64,000 nt of DNA, taken from Eledone cirrhosa. Lineage: Eukaryota. Location: the NCBI GenBank assembly GCA_964016885.1, contig OZ024742.1, positions 358,360,001-358,424,000 of the forward strand, given 5' to 3'. Below, piece after piece: positions 50,719-64,000 of the stretch; position 1 is the stretch's first letter; each line of letters starts with the position of its first letter. Under the pieces are notes generated by a model. The model was given only the letters and a program-made list of their open reading frames with translations. It ran no database searches and was not told where the DNA came from. The position numbers and the translations under genes are program-made.

Positions 50719-51633
50719 TCTATATATATAAAACTGAGGATGTCTGTCTGTGTGTGTGTGTGAGTTTGAATCCCTAAAACTCGAGAAGCACCCAACCGAC
50801 TGTTTTCAAACTTTACACATATAATACTTATGTTGCAGGGAATGTTCTGAGCAAAACAGATTTCAAATTTTCAGTGCCCTATGGATGGCATTAGGCGATT
50901 TAGCGATCTTTCTCTATAATTCTTAATCTTTCTCTTTTTAGATAGATACATACATATAACGTCTCGCCCTTATAATATCTGTTGGTATGTGTGACTGTCT
51001 GCATTACGTCACTTCTCTGAGGATGTCTGTGTGTGTGTGTGTGTGTGTGTGTATGTGAGTTTGAATACTTAAACCTCGAGAAGTACCCAACCGAGTTTTT
51101 TCAAACTTTACATGTGTATTACTTATGTTTCAGGGAGTGTTATGCACATAAAAGAATTCAACTGTTTGATCCCCCGAGCCCGCATTAGGTGAAAAACTGC
51201 GTTTTATTCAGGTTTTGGGGATTTTTTAGGCGTTACGTCAAACCGATTCCCTTGAAATTGTAACTATGTATTAGTCAGTCTCTTCTTCATACCGTGAGCA
51301 AAGAAAATCCAACTTTTTATGGCCTAGAGCGCGCATTAGGTGAAAAACTTCATTTTTTTCAGCTTTTTAGGGCTTTTTTGAGGCGTTACGTTTAGCCGAT
51401 TTTCCCTAAATTTCAAGGCATATCATGCACATACAAATTAATTCATTTTCTTGATGAAAACCTGAATTTTTCCTGCTTCATCGACGAAAATCTTAAAGAT
51501 TATCCAGCCATCAGAGTATTCGGTTAATTTTCTTTACATATTGTCCAGGCATGCAGTTTTTCCACGATTAGGTCTGTTGGCCGCCCGCGTTCCAAAATAC
51601 CTTATCCCTTGCAACGCCGGGTACCACTGCTAG
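50719..51633 (+). mobile_element. Non-autonomous Helitron
   Basis: 5' TCtatatatataaaactgaggatgtctgtctg; 3' cccttgcaacgccgggtaccactgCTAG|t, similar to the 3' end of the 43602 element. Confidence 0.85.
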
Positions 51634-52444
51634 TATATTTATATATATAAACAACAAGCTTCCCCTCAATTCATTTAAAGTGGTTACAAATAAACCTGTT
51701 AACCACACAGCTATGGCTGAGGAAATGTCTCACGAAATATCAGCTGTGGCGTATATAACCTTGCATTAGGTAACAAAAAAAAAATTCATGTTTATTTTTT
51801 TTACTGAGAAGGCTGACTCAGCTGTGGCAAGATCTAAAAGATATGGAGGTCATTAAGGGTGAGTATGAATTCTAGCATACTGTCTCTTCACCAGGTTATC
51901 TCAGAAGTTTAAACATAAAACAGAAAGTATTTTTTTAAACACTGTAAACAAAGAACAAAAAAGACAACATAAAGCAAGTAGAGAGATAAGAGTTTTTCTC
52001 TCGTTTTACATTTGTTTCTTTCATAGATATTTAATAATCACCTGAAGCTATTATTGAAAAAGGCATTTAAGTGGTGAGTACATAAGTTTAACTAAGATAT
52101 GAAACACAAATGTCACTTCTTATACGTATCTCTCATTCTCTAGCCCTTCCTACACATGTTACATAGCTGGGAATATATCAACCAATCTATGGACATAAAA
52201 CTTCTGTGAGTAGTAAAATACAATAACAAAAAAGCCAATATACCATATAAAGAAATGAAACAAACAACAATAGGTAAGAAAATGAAAGTGAAAGTTACAT
52301 GCAGTGTAGAGTTTCTCCTAAAATATAGTATTATAATTAAAGATGACCTCCAGTTTTGATGCCAAAAACAAAGGTCATATTACAAACTTTGAACTTTGAG
52401 ATCAATAGCAGATAATAAAATAACAAAATAATTTCCATCAAGAC

Positions 52445-53490
52445 CGCCACCACTGCCACCACCACTGCCCCCACCACACACCACCACCACCATCACCACC
52501 ACCACCACCACCACCACCAGCGCCACCACACACCACCACCACCAACACACATCACCACACACACCACCACCATCACCACCACCACCACACACCACCACCA
52601 CACACCACCACCACCAACACACATCACCACATACCACCACCACCACACACCACCACACACCACCACCAACACACACCACCACACACCACCACCACACACC
52701 ACCATCACCAACACTATTACCACCACCAATACCACCACCACCACCACAACCACACACCACCACCACCAACACACATCACCACACACCACCACCACCACCA
52801 CCACACACCACCACCACACACCACTATCACCAACACCATTGCCACCACCAATACCACCACCTCCACCACCACCACCACACACCACCAATACCACCACCAC
52901 CACCAATACCACCACCACCACCAATACCACCACCACCACCACCATAACCACACACCACCACCACCAACACACATCACCACACACCACCACCACACACCAC
53001 CATCACGAACACCATTACCACCACCAATACCACCAATACCACCACCACACACCACCAATACCACCACCACCACCAATACCACCACCACCACCACAACCAC
53101 CACACCACCACCACACACCACCATCACCAACACCACTACCACCACCAATACCACTACCACTACCACCACCACACTCCACCACACACCACCACATCACCAA
53201 CACCACTACCACCACCACCACACACCACCACACACCACCACACAACGCCATCACCACAACCACACACCACCACACGCCACCACCAACACACATCACCACA
53301 CACCACCACCACTACCACCACCACCACCACCACCACCACACACCACCACCACACACCACCACCATCACCAACACCACTACCACCACACACCACCACCATC
53401 ACCACCACCACTACCACCACCACACACCACCACACACCACCACACACCACCACCATCACCAACACCAACACGACCACCACATTCACCACA
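52445..53490. repeat. (CAC)n-rich compound microsatellite with higher-order repetition
   Basis: Direct reading; caccaacacacatcaccacac recurs. Confidence 0.95.
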
Positions 53491-53952
53491 GCAGGAACAA
53501 TAAAAATATTTGATTGGACAAGGTTAAGTCAGTTTACAAACCATATAAGCTGTTTATGACATGATTGAGAGATGAGAGCGATGTGTAATCTAGGAGGCAA
53601 TGACCACAAAGCAATGAACTCAATCTAAACCAATCATTAATAATGATTACTTTCACTCAGGCACATGGCCAATTTCCACAGTATAGTCTTTTGAATTTAC
53701 CCCAGTTATATGTTTTATATCTCTTAAGAAGATGAAGGGTAATTTTACACCTGATGAATTTGAACATAAACAAGAAAGATTATATGAAGAAAACTGTCAA
53801 ACTGTTAACAATTTATACTAAATATCATCTTTCATTCTTCATATTTTGATGAAGCAAAATAATATTTTTCTTTAATGTAGGTCAGGGAATTAGACAGCAT
53901 TTTATAGATGTGTATTTTATGAAACCTTAGATGCTTATGAAGGGTGACAGTA

Positions 53953-54172
53953 GTAGGGACGATCGACTTTCTTCAAATCGGACCGAGAAAACAATGTTCC
54001 CATTGGTCTTTCCAATTGCTAATACTATCTATTGGTCACAACTCCAGGTAGAAGGAGCAACGTGAAATAAAGTGTCTTGCTCAAGGACATAACGCATCGC
54101 CTGGTCCAGGAATCAAACTCACAACCTTAAGATTGCAAATCCAATTCTCTAAACACTCAGCCACACGCCTTC
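53953..54172 (-). mobile_element. tRNA-derived SINE with a 13-bp TSD
   Basis: TSD aagggtgacagta at 53940 and 54173; box A/B-like motifs on the minus strand. Confidence 0.75.
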
Positions 54173-54334
54173 AAGGGTGACAGTAAGCATCTTTAATATA
54201 TTGAATGTTTATATATATATATTAAATGTATATATATATATTAAATTCCAGATTCCTTTAATAAAACTCTAAGGTTTCATAAAATACACATATATAATAG
54301 ACTTTCGAAATTCCTGAGTGGCCGAAATGGGATT

Positions 54335-54960
54335 CAGAGAATCACTCCAAGTAGAGCTGCTAATTCTCTGAATTGAGAGATCACAGTTTCGATACTATAG
54401 GCATGTGGTTAGAATATCTCTGGAAAGAATCACTGGACAGATTTGTAGCTCTGAGATCAGAGAATCACTCCAGGCAGAGCTGCTAATTCTCTGAACTGAG
54501 AGATCACAACTCCGATACTATAGGCATGTGGTTAGAATATCTCTGGAAAGAATCACTGGACAGATTTGTAGCTCTGAGATCAGAGAATCACTCCAGGCAG
54601 AGCTGCTAATTCTCTGAACTGAGAGATCACAACTCCGATACTATTGACATGTGGTTAGAATATCTCTGGAAAGAATCACTGGACAGATTTGTAGCTCTGA
54701 GATCAGAGAATCACTCCAGGCAGAGCTGCTAATTCTCTGAACTGAGAGATCACAACTCCGATACTATTGACATGTGGTTAGAATATCTCTGGAAAGAATC
54801 GCTGGACAGATTTTACTGGTAAAACCAACTGGCAAGAGATCCAAGGGTAGACCTAGAGCAAGATGGTTAGAGAACATCCATGAGCTTGGCTGATCTCATT
54901 TGGGATCCAGCCAGATCAGTTGACTCTCTCAGGAATAAGTAGGTGAAGAAGAAGAAGAAT
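54335..54960 (+). repeat. Four 123-bp tandem units within an RTE-like 3' fragment ending in (GAA)n
   Basis: cagagaatcactcca at 54335, 54458, 54581 and 54704; encodes GHVVRIS-like residues followed by GRPR.RW. Confidence 0.88.
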
Positions 54961-55080
54961 GCTTAGGTAGATTCAATGTCACAGTTTTCTCTTGGAAGGA
55001 GAAAGAGCCATGCTGATGAACATTTTAAATCCTCTGAAACTGAAAATATTGATAAAGTCTGCTGATGGTTTATGTAAGAC

Positions 55081-55130
<50 letters not shown>

Positions 55131-56271
55131 GTTTAACGTCTATCTTCCACGCTAATGATACATTAGTTTAAACTGCTAACATCATCATTTTCTGTTAATG
55201 TTACTTTTTTATTCTATGCTTCTCCTCTCTAGAGGAAAAGGTTTTGCCCAAAAACTTCACTAGTCATCTGCTAGCAAGGGCTGGACATGTATACATAGAC
55301 CAAGTCAATACTGAAGTAGGGCTACAGACTTCCCAGATAGGCTAAGTTTTTGTTATCTCATTTATGCACAGTCTCATGTTCTACCAAGTTCACAGGAGAG
55401 GTTGTAATGTCTTTGACACAACTGAAGTGTCCTCCCAACCCTTTTTTTGCAAGCTATGTGTATTTAACATGTAGATCACCAACACTGTGAAGGGCATCAT
55501 CTTCTTAATATGATTAAAGTGGGGGTTCTAATGAGGATGTGTATTATATAGGTGATGAAAAGAAACAGTTGAGTGGGAGAAGATGAATGAATATGCCCAT
55601 AAATTGCATTTCATTGAATCTGATTTCCCATTGATGGATATTTTTGATGATTAACAATATCGAAACTGACTTGTTTACATGAGAAAAAAAGCTATAAAGT
55701 TAATAATTCTAGAGTTGAAATGAAACCTCAAAATATCTGGTCTCTAAGATAATACTGGTATTTCTCATAAAATTTAATTTAGGAAAAAACATCTATTTGG
55801 CTGAACACTGAAACTTAAGCAAGAAATACTGTAAATTATCAAATGTGGCATTATTATAGTTCTATTGCTGTGGTTCCATGGTGTAATAGTAATCACATCT
55901 GCTTTACAGACAGAGTTGGATTTGACCAGGTGGTGGGGTGGTTATTAAATTAAAAAGTTCTAACCATTCTAACCATTCTAAAATTAAAAAGGTCAGCTGA
56001 GGGCACAAATGAATTGCTATGATCATCCCTGGTGACCCCACTGCAGGGGGTCCAGGGTAATTACCCCCTTTGCCCACCATTAAATCTGATCCTGCATACA
56101 AGTGGTCATGAGATCAAACTCACTGGAACCTATCTTTGTAACTAAATGCTTAAATGCAGTGAATTGGTGGTATGAGTTGACTGTTGGATAACAACTTTGT
56201 GGCATATAGTTACAGCCCTTTACATTCTGTGTTCAAATCCTATGAAGGTTGGCTTTGCCTTTCCTCCTTAA

Positions 56272-56491
56272 CCCTTCAGCATTTAAACTGGCTGTATCTG
56301 GCCAGAATTCTCTCACCAATTTCTATTCAAACCAGTTGTAATCGGCCACTCATACCAATGTTAAGGTATTGTTCTCAAAATAAATAATATTAAAATCTCA
56401 TAAATTCGATATTATTTGAGATAATTATGTGAGATAAGCCTTTACCATGAAAATATAATAGTATTTATAGAGTAATGTAAATGCTAAAGTA
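56272..56491. mobile_element. piggyBac-like MITE copy
   Basis: ttaa-cccttcagcattta...taaatgctaaagta-ttaa. Confidence 0.75.
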
Positions 56492-56902
56492 TTAAAGGCT
56501 TGATAAATAAAGGCTTGATAAATAAAGTACTTTCCCTCACCCACAATTGTTGGCCTTGTACCAACATCAGAAACCTTTATTATAGCTCTTGTATATGTAT
56601 ATATTTATTTGCTACACCCTGTTACATACACACACATATGATGCTGTTTATGTACTAAGGAATTGTACATGTGACTCCCAGCTTGTGAGGGTACATATAT
56701 AATTCTGCTTATATGACATAATTGTTTCTACTTTTGGCACAAGGCCAGCAATTACTGGTACTCTATTTTATCGACCCCATAAGGATGAAAGGCAAAGTTA
56801 ACTTCGACTGGATTTGAACTCAGAATGGCAAGGGCCATAACTCTATGCGTCAAAGCATGGTGCCCAACCCTCTACCGATACTGCCAATGAAACATATTTT
56901 AA

Positions 56903-57122
56903 CCCTTTAGCATTTAAACCAGCCATATCTGGCCAGAATTATCTCATCTCTTTCTGTTCAAACCGGCTGTAACTGGCCACTCATACTGATATTAAAGTAT
57001 TGTTCTCAAAATAAATAACATTGAAATCTCATAGATTCGATATTATGTAAGATAATTATGTGAGATAAAGCCTTTACCGCGAAAATACAATAGTATATAT
57101 AGAGTAATGTAAATGCTAAAGT
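56903..57122. mobile_element. piggyBac-like MITE copy
   Basis: ttaa-ccctttagcattta...taaatgctaaagtg-ttaa. Confidence 0.8.
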
Positions 57123-58109
57123 GTTAAGTCATCATCTCCTTTCTTTATTCCCTATTGCTACTCAGCCACTGCCATTATCCCTGTTTCAAACATTTATGAT
57201 GAATCAGTCAGACTCAAATTTTGCTTTCAACACATTATAGTTGGGAACAGAAAAATGAATGTTTAATTGGCTATTATCACTTTCTTACAATTATTTAGAA
57301 TTAATTTTGAAAAAATATAATAGTTTTTAAGGTGAAGTATTTCAGAATAAATTAATTTAAAATGACTTTTCAAACATTCAATATGTACTTTATGTTTTTT
57401 CCCAAAGTAAAATATTTGTTGTGAGGTTAAGGTGTTAAGCAATTATCTCCAAGATATCTTCTCACACATATCTTCCCCTTCCTTCCTCATCCAACCTATG
57501 TTATCATGGGAAGCCAAGGTGAACGTCCTCTGGTTCACCTTCCCCACTCAAGCCATGTCTCACATCCCTGACTTATGTTTCCTATCCAACCGATGCAAGC
57601 CCAGAAAGCCAGGAGCATTATATAATATATCAGCACCTCACTTAAAATGCACCATTTAGCCTGCCCCCTACTGCCAGGACACATCAAGACTCTTAATGAG
57701 GTAGTGCTGGTGCCATTATGAAATACACCCAGCTCAATCTGTAAGGTGGTAAAGCTGGTGCCACAATAGAAAAGCACCAATTTCACTCTGCAAGGCAATA
57801 GTGCTTGTGCCATGATGAAAAGCACCAAGTCTGCACTTTAAAATGGTAGTTCTGCTCCTATAACAGAAATCAACTTGTCTACCCCATAAGCTGGTCATAA
57901 TGGAGTTGTCCTGCCATTAATAACCAAGCCCCAAATTGAGGATACGAGCAGTACATTGTCTTCTAACTAGACTCGCCTCAGTATATGTGTACCAATCTAA
58001 CACATAAATGATTTGAAAATAGATATTAAACAGTGATGATGATGTGATTGAATTTAACCATATAATGGCTGTCAGTGTTGAATCCCTTAACATGATATAT
58101 AAGACAAAT

Positions 58110-58455
58110 TGCTTCAATTTTCTGGATGTGCAATGTAAATGTGAGAGAATGCAGAGCTGAGAGAGAAGCTGGGCTTAAGGGGAATCCTAGATAGTGTGCA
58201 GGAGAGAAGACTCCATTGATAAGGACATGTGATGTGCATAGACAATGACTGATGGGTGAAGAAATCCCAAGAAATCCCAGTGGAAGTAAGCTACAGTAGA
58301 GGACAACCAAGAAAGATCTAGGCAGAGCAGACCTCAAATCACTAAGACTGGCAGAGTGGATGACGAAGGAATGTGACAAGTGGAGAGATGCTGTGCTAAG
58401 AAGGACCTGTCCAACTCATGCAAGCATGGATGCAAAAGTGATGATGATGATGATT
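58110..58455 (+). mobile_element. Degenerate RTE 3' fragment
   Basis: Similar to the reverse complement of 37590-37900; (gat)n tail. Confidence 0.65.
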
Positions 58456-59880
58456 GCTATGCTCAAGAGTTCAGTGATACTTATATTCCATGTTTACAGA
58501 CAATTTACACTTCTCAGCTAAATGAATTTCTTTATTAATATAGGAACAATGATTTTAGTAGTGTTGCTATTTACGTGAATCAGTAAGGCAAATATTTGTA
58601 CATTAAGACATACTTATTTAAAAAACAAGGGGCATACTTTTAGAATATCTCAGGAAAGAATCACTGGAGAGATTGTGCAGGCAAAACCAACAGGCAGGTG
58701 ACCCAGGCTTAGACCCTGAGCAAGATGGATGAATAATATCCATGAGTTTGGCTGGGGTCACTTGGAGATCCAGCCAGATTAGTTGGAAACAGTTGCTTCT
58801 GACAGAACCTGGTGAAGGGAATGTCTGAGGACACTGCTCCCACAACTCTCTCAGAAATAGGTGGGTGAAGGAAAAGAACGGCAACAACAACTTTGTAACA
58901 TGGTTGATGTTAGAAAGTATATCAAAAATGGAATATATGAGTGAGGTATGGTCCTCCAGCCTCTATAATCTGCGTGTTGACACGTACAAACATTGTCAGT
59001 GTGGATATCAGGCATGGTGACAGTGACAATGACAATAATACTAACAATAATACTAACAATAATACTAACAATAATACTAACAATGATATTTACAATAACA
59101 ATGATAATTGTTTCTACTTTTGGCACAAGGCCAGCAATTTCCCAGTACATTACTGGTACTTTATTTTATCGACCCCGTACGGATGAAAGGCAAAGTTAAC
59201 CTCGGCGGGATTTGAACTCAGAATGGCAAGGGCCATAACTCTATGCGTGAAAGTATATCATCCGACTCTCTACCGATACTGCCAATCCACCAATGATGAT
59301 CATTATGATGACAAAGATGCTGTTGATGATGATGATGATGATGACAAGGGTGGTGATGATGAGTATGATGACAATGATGGTGTTATGATAATAACCATAA
59401 TGATGATGATGACAATATGATTATGATGCTGCACTTCACCATGAAACATGAACTTATCACTCAAACAACATCAATGAATTATAACTCTGAATGTAAAGAA
59501 TTTAATCCTACCTTTTCAGTTTCTACAATATACTTTTATTTCTCTAACATTTGAAGGTTTTCAAATACCTCAGTTTACTAAAACAACATAATCCGTTCTG
59601 ACATCACAGTGGAATAATTAGAGAAGAGAAGAAAATTATTAGAAGAAAAATAGTTGCCAAAAATGTACATATTTCTATAACAGGACAGAGTATCCCAGTT
59701 ATGTTATCTTCGATGGAAAGATGTTTTAAGTCGGATTTTACTCAACTGCTTTCAATACTTTTCAATTCCTTTTTAGTGATGCCTTACCAATTATGCTGAT
59801 TTTAGGCCAACATACCCAAACCTGCCAAGTGTAAGTTTTACAGGGTACGCTTTTAGTCTAGTGATTAGCTCTGGGCTTTG

Positions 59881-60275
59881 ATCATCATCATCATCACCGT
59901 TTTACGTCTGTTCTTCCACGCTAGCATGGGTTAGACGGGTTGTCCTGTTGTGGGCAGTGTCCAGTCAGTTGAGCATGTCTTGCTCATACTGAAACTGATT
60001 CTGGGTTGATTTCTACAGCTGGATGTCCTTCCTAACACCAACCTCATTTACAGTGAGTGCTGGGTGCTTTTTTTCCGTGGAGCCTACACGTCCATTTTAC
60101 AGTGTGGGCTGGGTGCTTTTTTGCCATGGCACCTCCACGACCACTTTCCAGTGGGAGGGGTGGGGGCATATTGTCTATATGTTTCAGCTTCGGCTTGTAC
60201 CCGTGGGAAGTCGAGTCTTCTGTATTACTGTGTGACGCCAGAGGTCATGGTCGTGTGTCATCGTCCTTGAGAGGT
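59881..60275 (-). mobile_element. RTE 3' UTR and ORF end copy
   Basis: Similar to 24772-25160. Confidence 0.85.
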
Positions 60276-60929
60276 GCTATCCCATTTTATATCCAATAGA
60301 GTTGAATATTTCAAAAAGTGTGAAAAGTGTTACTGATATTTTGTTAATGTTTTCCTGAATATTCAGTTGTTCACATCAGGCTATGAATGTAGTGTACTAC
60401 AGATTACTTCCAAGATGTTTTGCTCTGTATTACAAATAATGACTTGAACAGGAACAAATAAATTAGTGTCTTGCTAAAGGCTGGACCTATTTTCAATACT
60501 GTCCTGGTGTTGTATAAACTCTTGGTCTTCTCAAGTCTTTCCAACATGACTCTAATCTAAGGTTATAGTGTTAATTGTTGTAGTATTCTACTAATATCAA
60601 TACAGGTAAATAGAAATAAATAAGTAAATAAGTGTTGATGTTCTCTCTCTTTCATTCACTGCCTCCGTCTCTCTCGCTATCCCGAACTCTCACTATTATA
60701 AGCAAATGAGGGCAGTGAATTGGCAGTATCGGTGGAGGGTCAGACGCCCTGCTTTGCAGCAAAGAGTTACGGCTGTTTATGGTCTGAGTTCAAATCCCGC
60801 CGAGGTTAACTTTGCCTTTCATCCTTACGGGGTCGATCAATAAAATAAAGTACCAGTAATACACTGGGATAATTGCTGGCCTTAGAAACAACTATAATAG
60901 AAACAACTATTATAAGCAAATGGGAGCCC

Positions 60930-61215
60930 ACATGCTGGCTGCCCCATAGCCCTGGTGGATAGAAAAGAGAAGGTGTTTCCCCAGAGGATGGTGAGAGAGG
61001 TGCATTGGAAGAGCCATTCCTGCTCATGAGGATCACACCTGTGGGTAGCCAAATCTGTGCTAATAGTGGGGAGTAGGGAGGTAGCACTAGGGCCAAGGAC
61101 ACCAGAAGTCTCCACTGCAACAAGCTCGACCACAAACCTGTCTGAGAGCAACCAATATCTGGAGAGTTTACCCACCTCATCCTGAAGTGCAGCAGAGCCT
61201 GGATTAGTCACAGGT
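60930..61215 (-). pseudogene. C-terminal fragment resembling a CRE-clade restriction-like-endonuclease non-LTR element
   Basis: PGSAA..DE..KLSRY..LSDRF....VAVETSGVLGP...EWLFQ..SL.I..GN pattern. Confidence 0.6.
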
Positions 61216-62195
61216 TGCCAACAAAATCCCTACTTCCTTTTTGAACTTATAATATATCAGATATTATTAATTCATTTAACTTTTTATAATCATTTGTTGT
61301 TGTTGTTTCTGCTTTCAGTTGTAATTTGTAAATAATTATAGAAGTTAAGAGAAAACATAAAAAAAAAATATCAGTTGATAATTTCATGCTGTTTTCAATA
61401 AATACATTTATCTTTATTATATTTATTCTGATATAGACCAGACACATTAAGCAAGCAATGAGAGGACGTAACTCTAGTAATACATGATATATTAGCAGAC
61501 TCCAACCAAAGCAGTATTAATTTGTTTTTACTACTGAATTAGTACATTCATAATTAGTACTCACATATTTTGTTGAATTAGTTCAATTATGTGAGCAAGA
61601 GCTATGATAGTTTAGTCTGGCTGTTTAGGTCATCACAATTTTGAAAGATAGTGTAATTAGAAAATTTCTCATCAGATTGTAAGGTAGTTCAAAATCAAAA
61701 GCAACCACCTGCAAATACTCTATGAATACTAAGTATCTACTATATTAGTTTTATTTCCAGCTATGAAGAAGCCCAGCTTTCTACTCAATTTATTTATGGC
61801 TCTATATAGATTTCATCATGAAAATTGAGAGTACAGGGGTTATAAAATTCTGAAAGTGCAGATATGGCATAAAAATATTTACCTACACGTTGATGGTTTT
61901 CAATCCCCAATTCAACTTATAATGAAAAAGTGAGTCTGGTAGTTACAGATCTGAATTATAAAAATCAGGCAATAGATATCAAAATTATCATAAGTGTAGT
62001 TTCAAAGTTTTAGCATATGAACTTCATCTTGTCTCTTTATTTTTGCCTCTTGTTGTATAGTTAGAATGAATGGTGCATTATGTTCTTAAACAAGACGTTT
62101 CATTTCATATTGCTTCAGTCATCTCAACTGAAAATAAGTATCACCAGCTGCTAACATCACATAGAAGGGGAAGTCCTGTTCACTCAATAATTTAA

Positions 62196-62391
62196 CCCTT
62201 TAGCATTTAAACCGGCTGTATCCGGCCAGAATTCTCTCACTTCTTTCTGCTCAAACTAACCATAACTGGCCACTCATACTGATGTTAAAGTATAGTTCTC
62301 AAAATAAATAATATCAAAATCCCATGAATTTGATATGTGAGATAAAGCCTTTACCACGAAAATACAATAGAGTAATGTAAATGCTAAGGGT
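62196..62391. mobile_element. piggyBac-like MITE copy
   Basis: ttaa-ccctttagcattta...taaatgctaagggt-ttaa. Confidence 0.75.
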
Positions 62392-62625
62392 TTAATACTA
62401 CTTGAAAGGGAAATAAACTCCAGGCTAAAGAGTCTCTAGTCTCAAGAAAGACTAAACCTTTAAACTTGTGTCTGAATATATTTCATTCTATTTTTCCTTG
62501 TTTCTTTAAATCATTCCTCTTCTATTACATCTATTATTTCTTTGTCTTCTTTGTGTTGTAATTTATATCTTTTAATGAATTAATCTTTTACAAAGTGAAC
62601 AATAATTAATTCACAGGGATTTATC

Positions 62626-64000
62626 TTAACCATTCAGTTATCAACATGTCCAAAACTGGCGTTGGTTCTATGAAATAAAACTATTTATCACTTTAGTTAT
62701 CAACATGTCCAAAACTGGCTTTGGTTCTATGAAATAAAACTGTTTTATCCCTTTCAGTTACCAACATGTCCAAAACTGGCTTTGGTTCTATGAAATAAAA
62801 ATGTTATCTCTTTAGTTATCAACATATCCAAAACTGGCTTTGGTTCAATGTAATAAAACTGTTTTATCCCTTTAGTTACCAACATGTCCAAAACTGGCTT
62901 TGGTTCTATGAAATAAAACTGTTTTATCCCTTTCAGTTACCAACATGTCCAAAACTGGCTTTGGTTCTATGAAATAAAACTGTTTTATCCATTTCAGTTA
63001 CCAACATGTCTAAAACTAGCTTTGGTTCTATGTAATAAAACAGTTTTATCCCTTTAGTTACCAACATGTCCAAAAGTGGCTTGGTTCTATGAAATAAAAC
63101 TGTTTTATCCCTTTAGTTACCAACATGTCCAAAACTGGGTCTCGTTCTATGAAATAAAACTGTTTATCCCTTTAGTTACCAAACCAGCTAAAAAAAGCTC
63201 TGGTTCTATGAAATAAAACTGTTTTAGCCCTTTAGATATCAACACGGACAAAACCAGCTGTGATTCTATGAAATAAAACTGTTGCATCCGTTTACTTATC
63301 AACCCGGCCAAAACTGGCTTTGGTTTTATGAAATATAACTATTTTATCACTTTAGCTACCAACATGTCTAAAACTGGCTTTGGTTCTATGAAATAAAACT
63401 GTTTTATCCCTTTAGTTACCAACATGTCCAAAACTTGTTCTGGTTCTATGAAATAAAACTGTTTTATCCCTTTAGTTACCAACATGTCCAAAACTTGTTC
63501 TGGTTCTATGAAATAAAACTATTTTATCCCATTAGTTACCAAACCAGCTAAGAAAAGCTATGGTTCTATGAAATAAAACTGTTTAGTTATCAATCCGGCC
63601 AAAACCGGCTCTGATTCTATGAAATAAATCTGTTTCATCCCTTTATTTATCAACCCGGCCAAAACTGGCTTTGTTTCTATGATATAAAACTGTTGTATCC
63701 CTTTAGTTACCAACATGTCCAAAACTGACTTTGGTTCTATGAAATAAAACTGTTGTATCCCTTTAGTATCAACATGTCCAAAACTGGCTCTGGTTCTATG
63801 AAATAAAACTGTTTTATTCCTTTCAGTTACCAACATGTTCAAAACTGGCTATGGTTCTATGTAATAAAACTGTTTTATCCCTTTCAGTTGCCAACAGGCC
63901 CAAAACTGGCTCTGGTTCTATGGAATAACTGTTTTATCCCTTTAGTTATCAACATGTCCAAAACTGGCTCTGGTTCTATGTAATAAAATTGTTGTATCCC
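62626..64000 (+). repeat. ~60-bp minisatellite (about 23 units, runs off the window)
   Basis: Consensus ccctttagttaccaacatgtccaaaactggctttggttctatgaaataaaactgttttat. Confidence 0.95.

Noticed and set aside
51712-51765. CTGAGGA...GAAA hammerhead-like motif
   Set aside because: Stems I and II do not pair convincingly; at best a degenerate relic.
52380-53513. Long Val/Gly/Trp or Thr/His/Pro ORFs
   Set aside because: Stop-free (CAC)n repeat; no splice or domain evidence.
53885-54320. Short inverted repeat around a SINE, resembling the HHR fold-backs
   Set aside because: No hammerhead core found on either strand and the arms are only ~35 bp.

Overview
This is AT-rich eukaryotic DNA with no host gene I can support. 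The repeat content suggests a cephalopod, probably octopus (inference). Almost everything is transposon-derived: RTE/BovB-like LINEs, a CR1-type and a CRE-like fragment, a mariner, a DD37D (maT) element, a decayed Helitron plus non-autonomous ones, TTAA-targeting and hAT-like MITEs, tRNA-derived SINEs, microsatellites and several young tandem arrays. The main hidden signal is at least six apparently unrelated fold-back or tandem elements, each carrying a minimal type-I hammerhead ribozyme motif, mostly with a palindromic stem III. One is a Penelope-like element (RT + GIY-YIG) with 1.4-kb inverted arms. Another is a non-coding 555-bp tandem repeat that could yield retrozyme-like circular RNA. 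A second signal is an LTR-like unit followed by a 32-nt tRNA-Trp complement with a mismatch exactly at the m1A58 position. All alignments and foldings were done by eye, and boundaries are approximate to a few bases unless stated.
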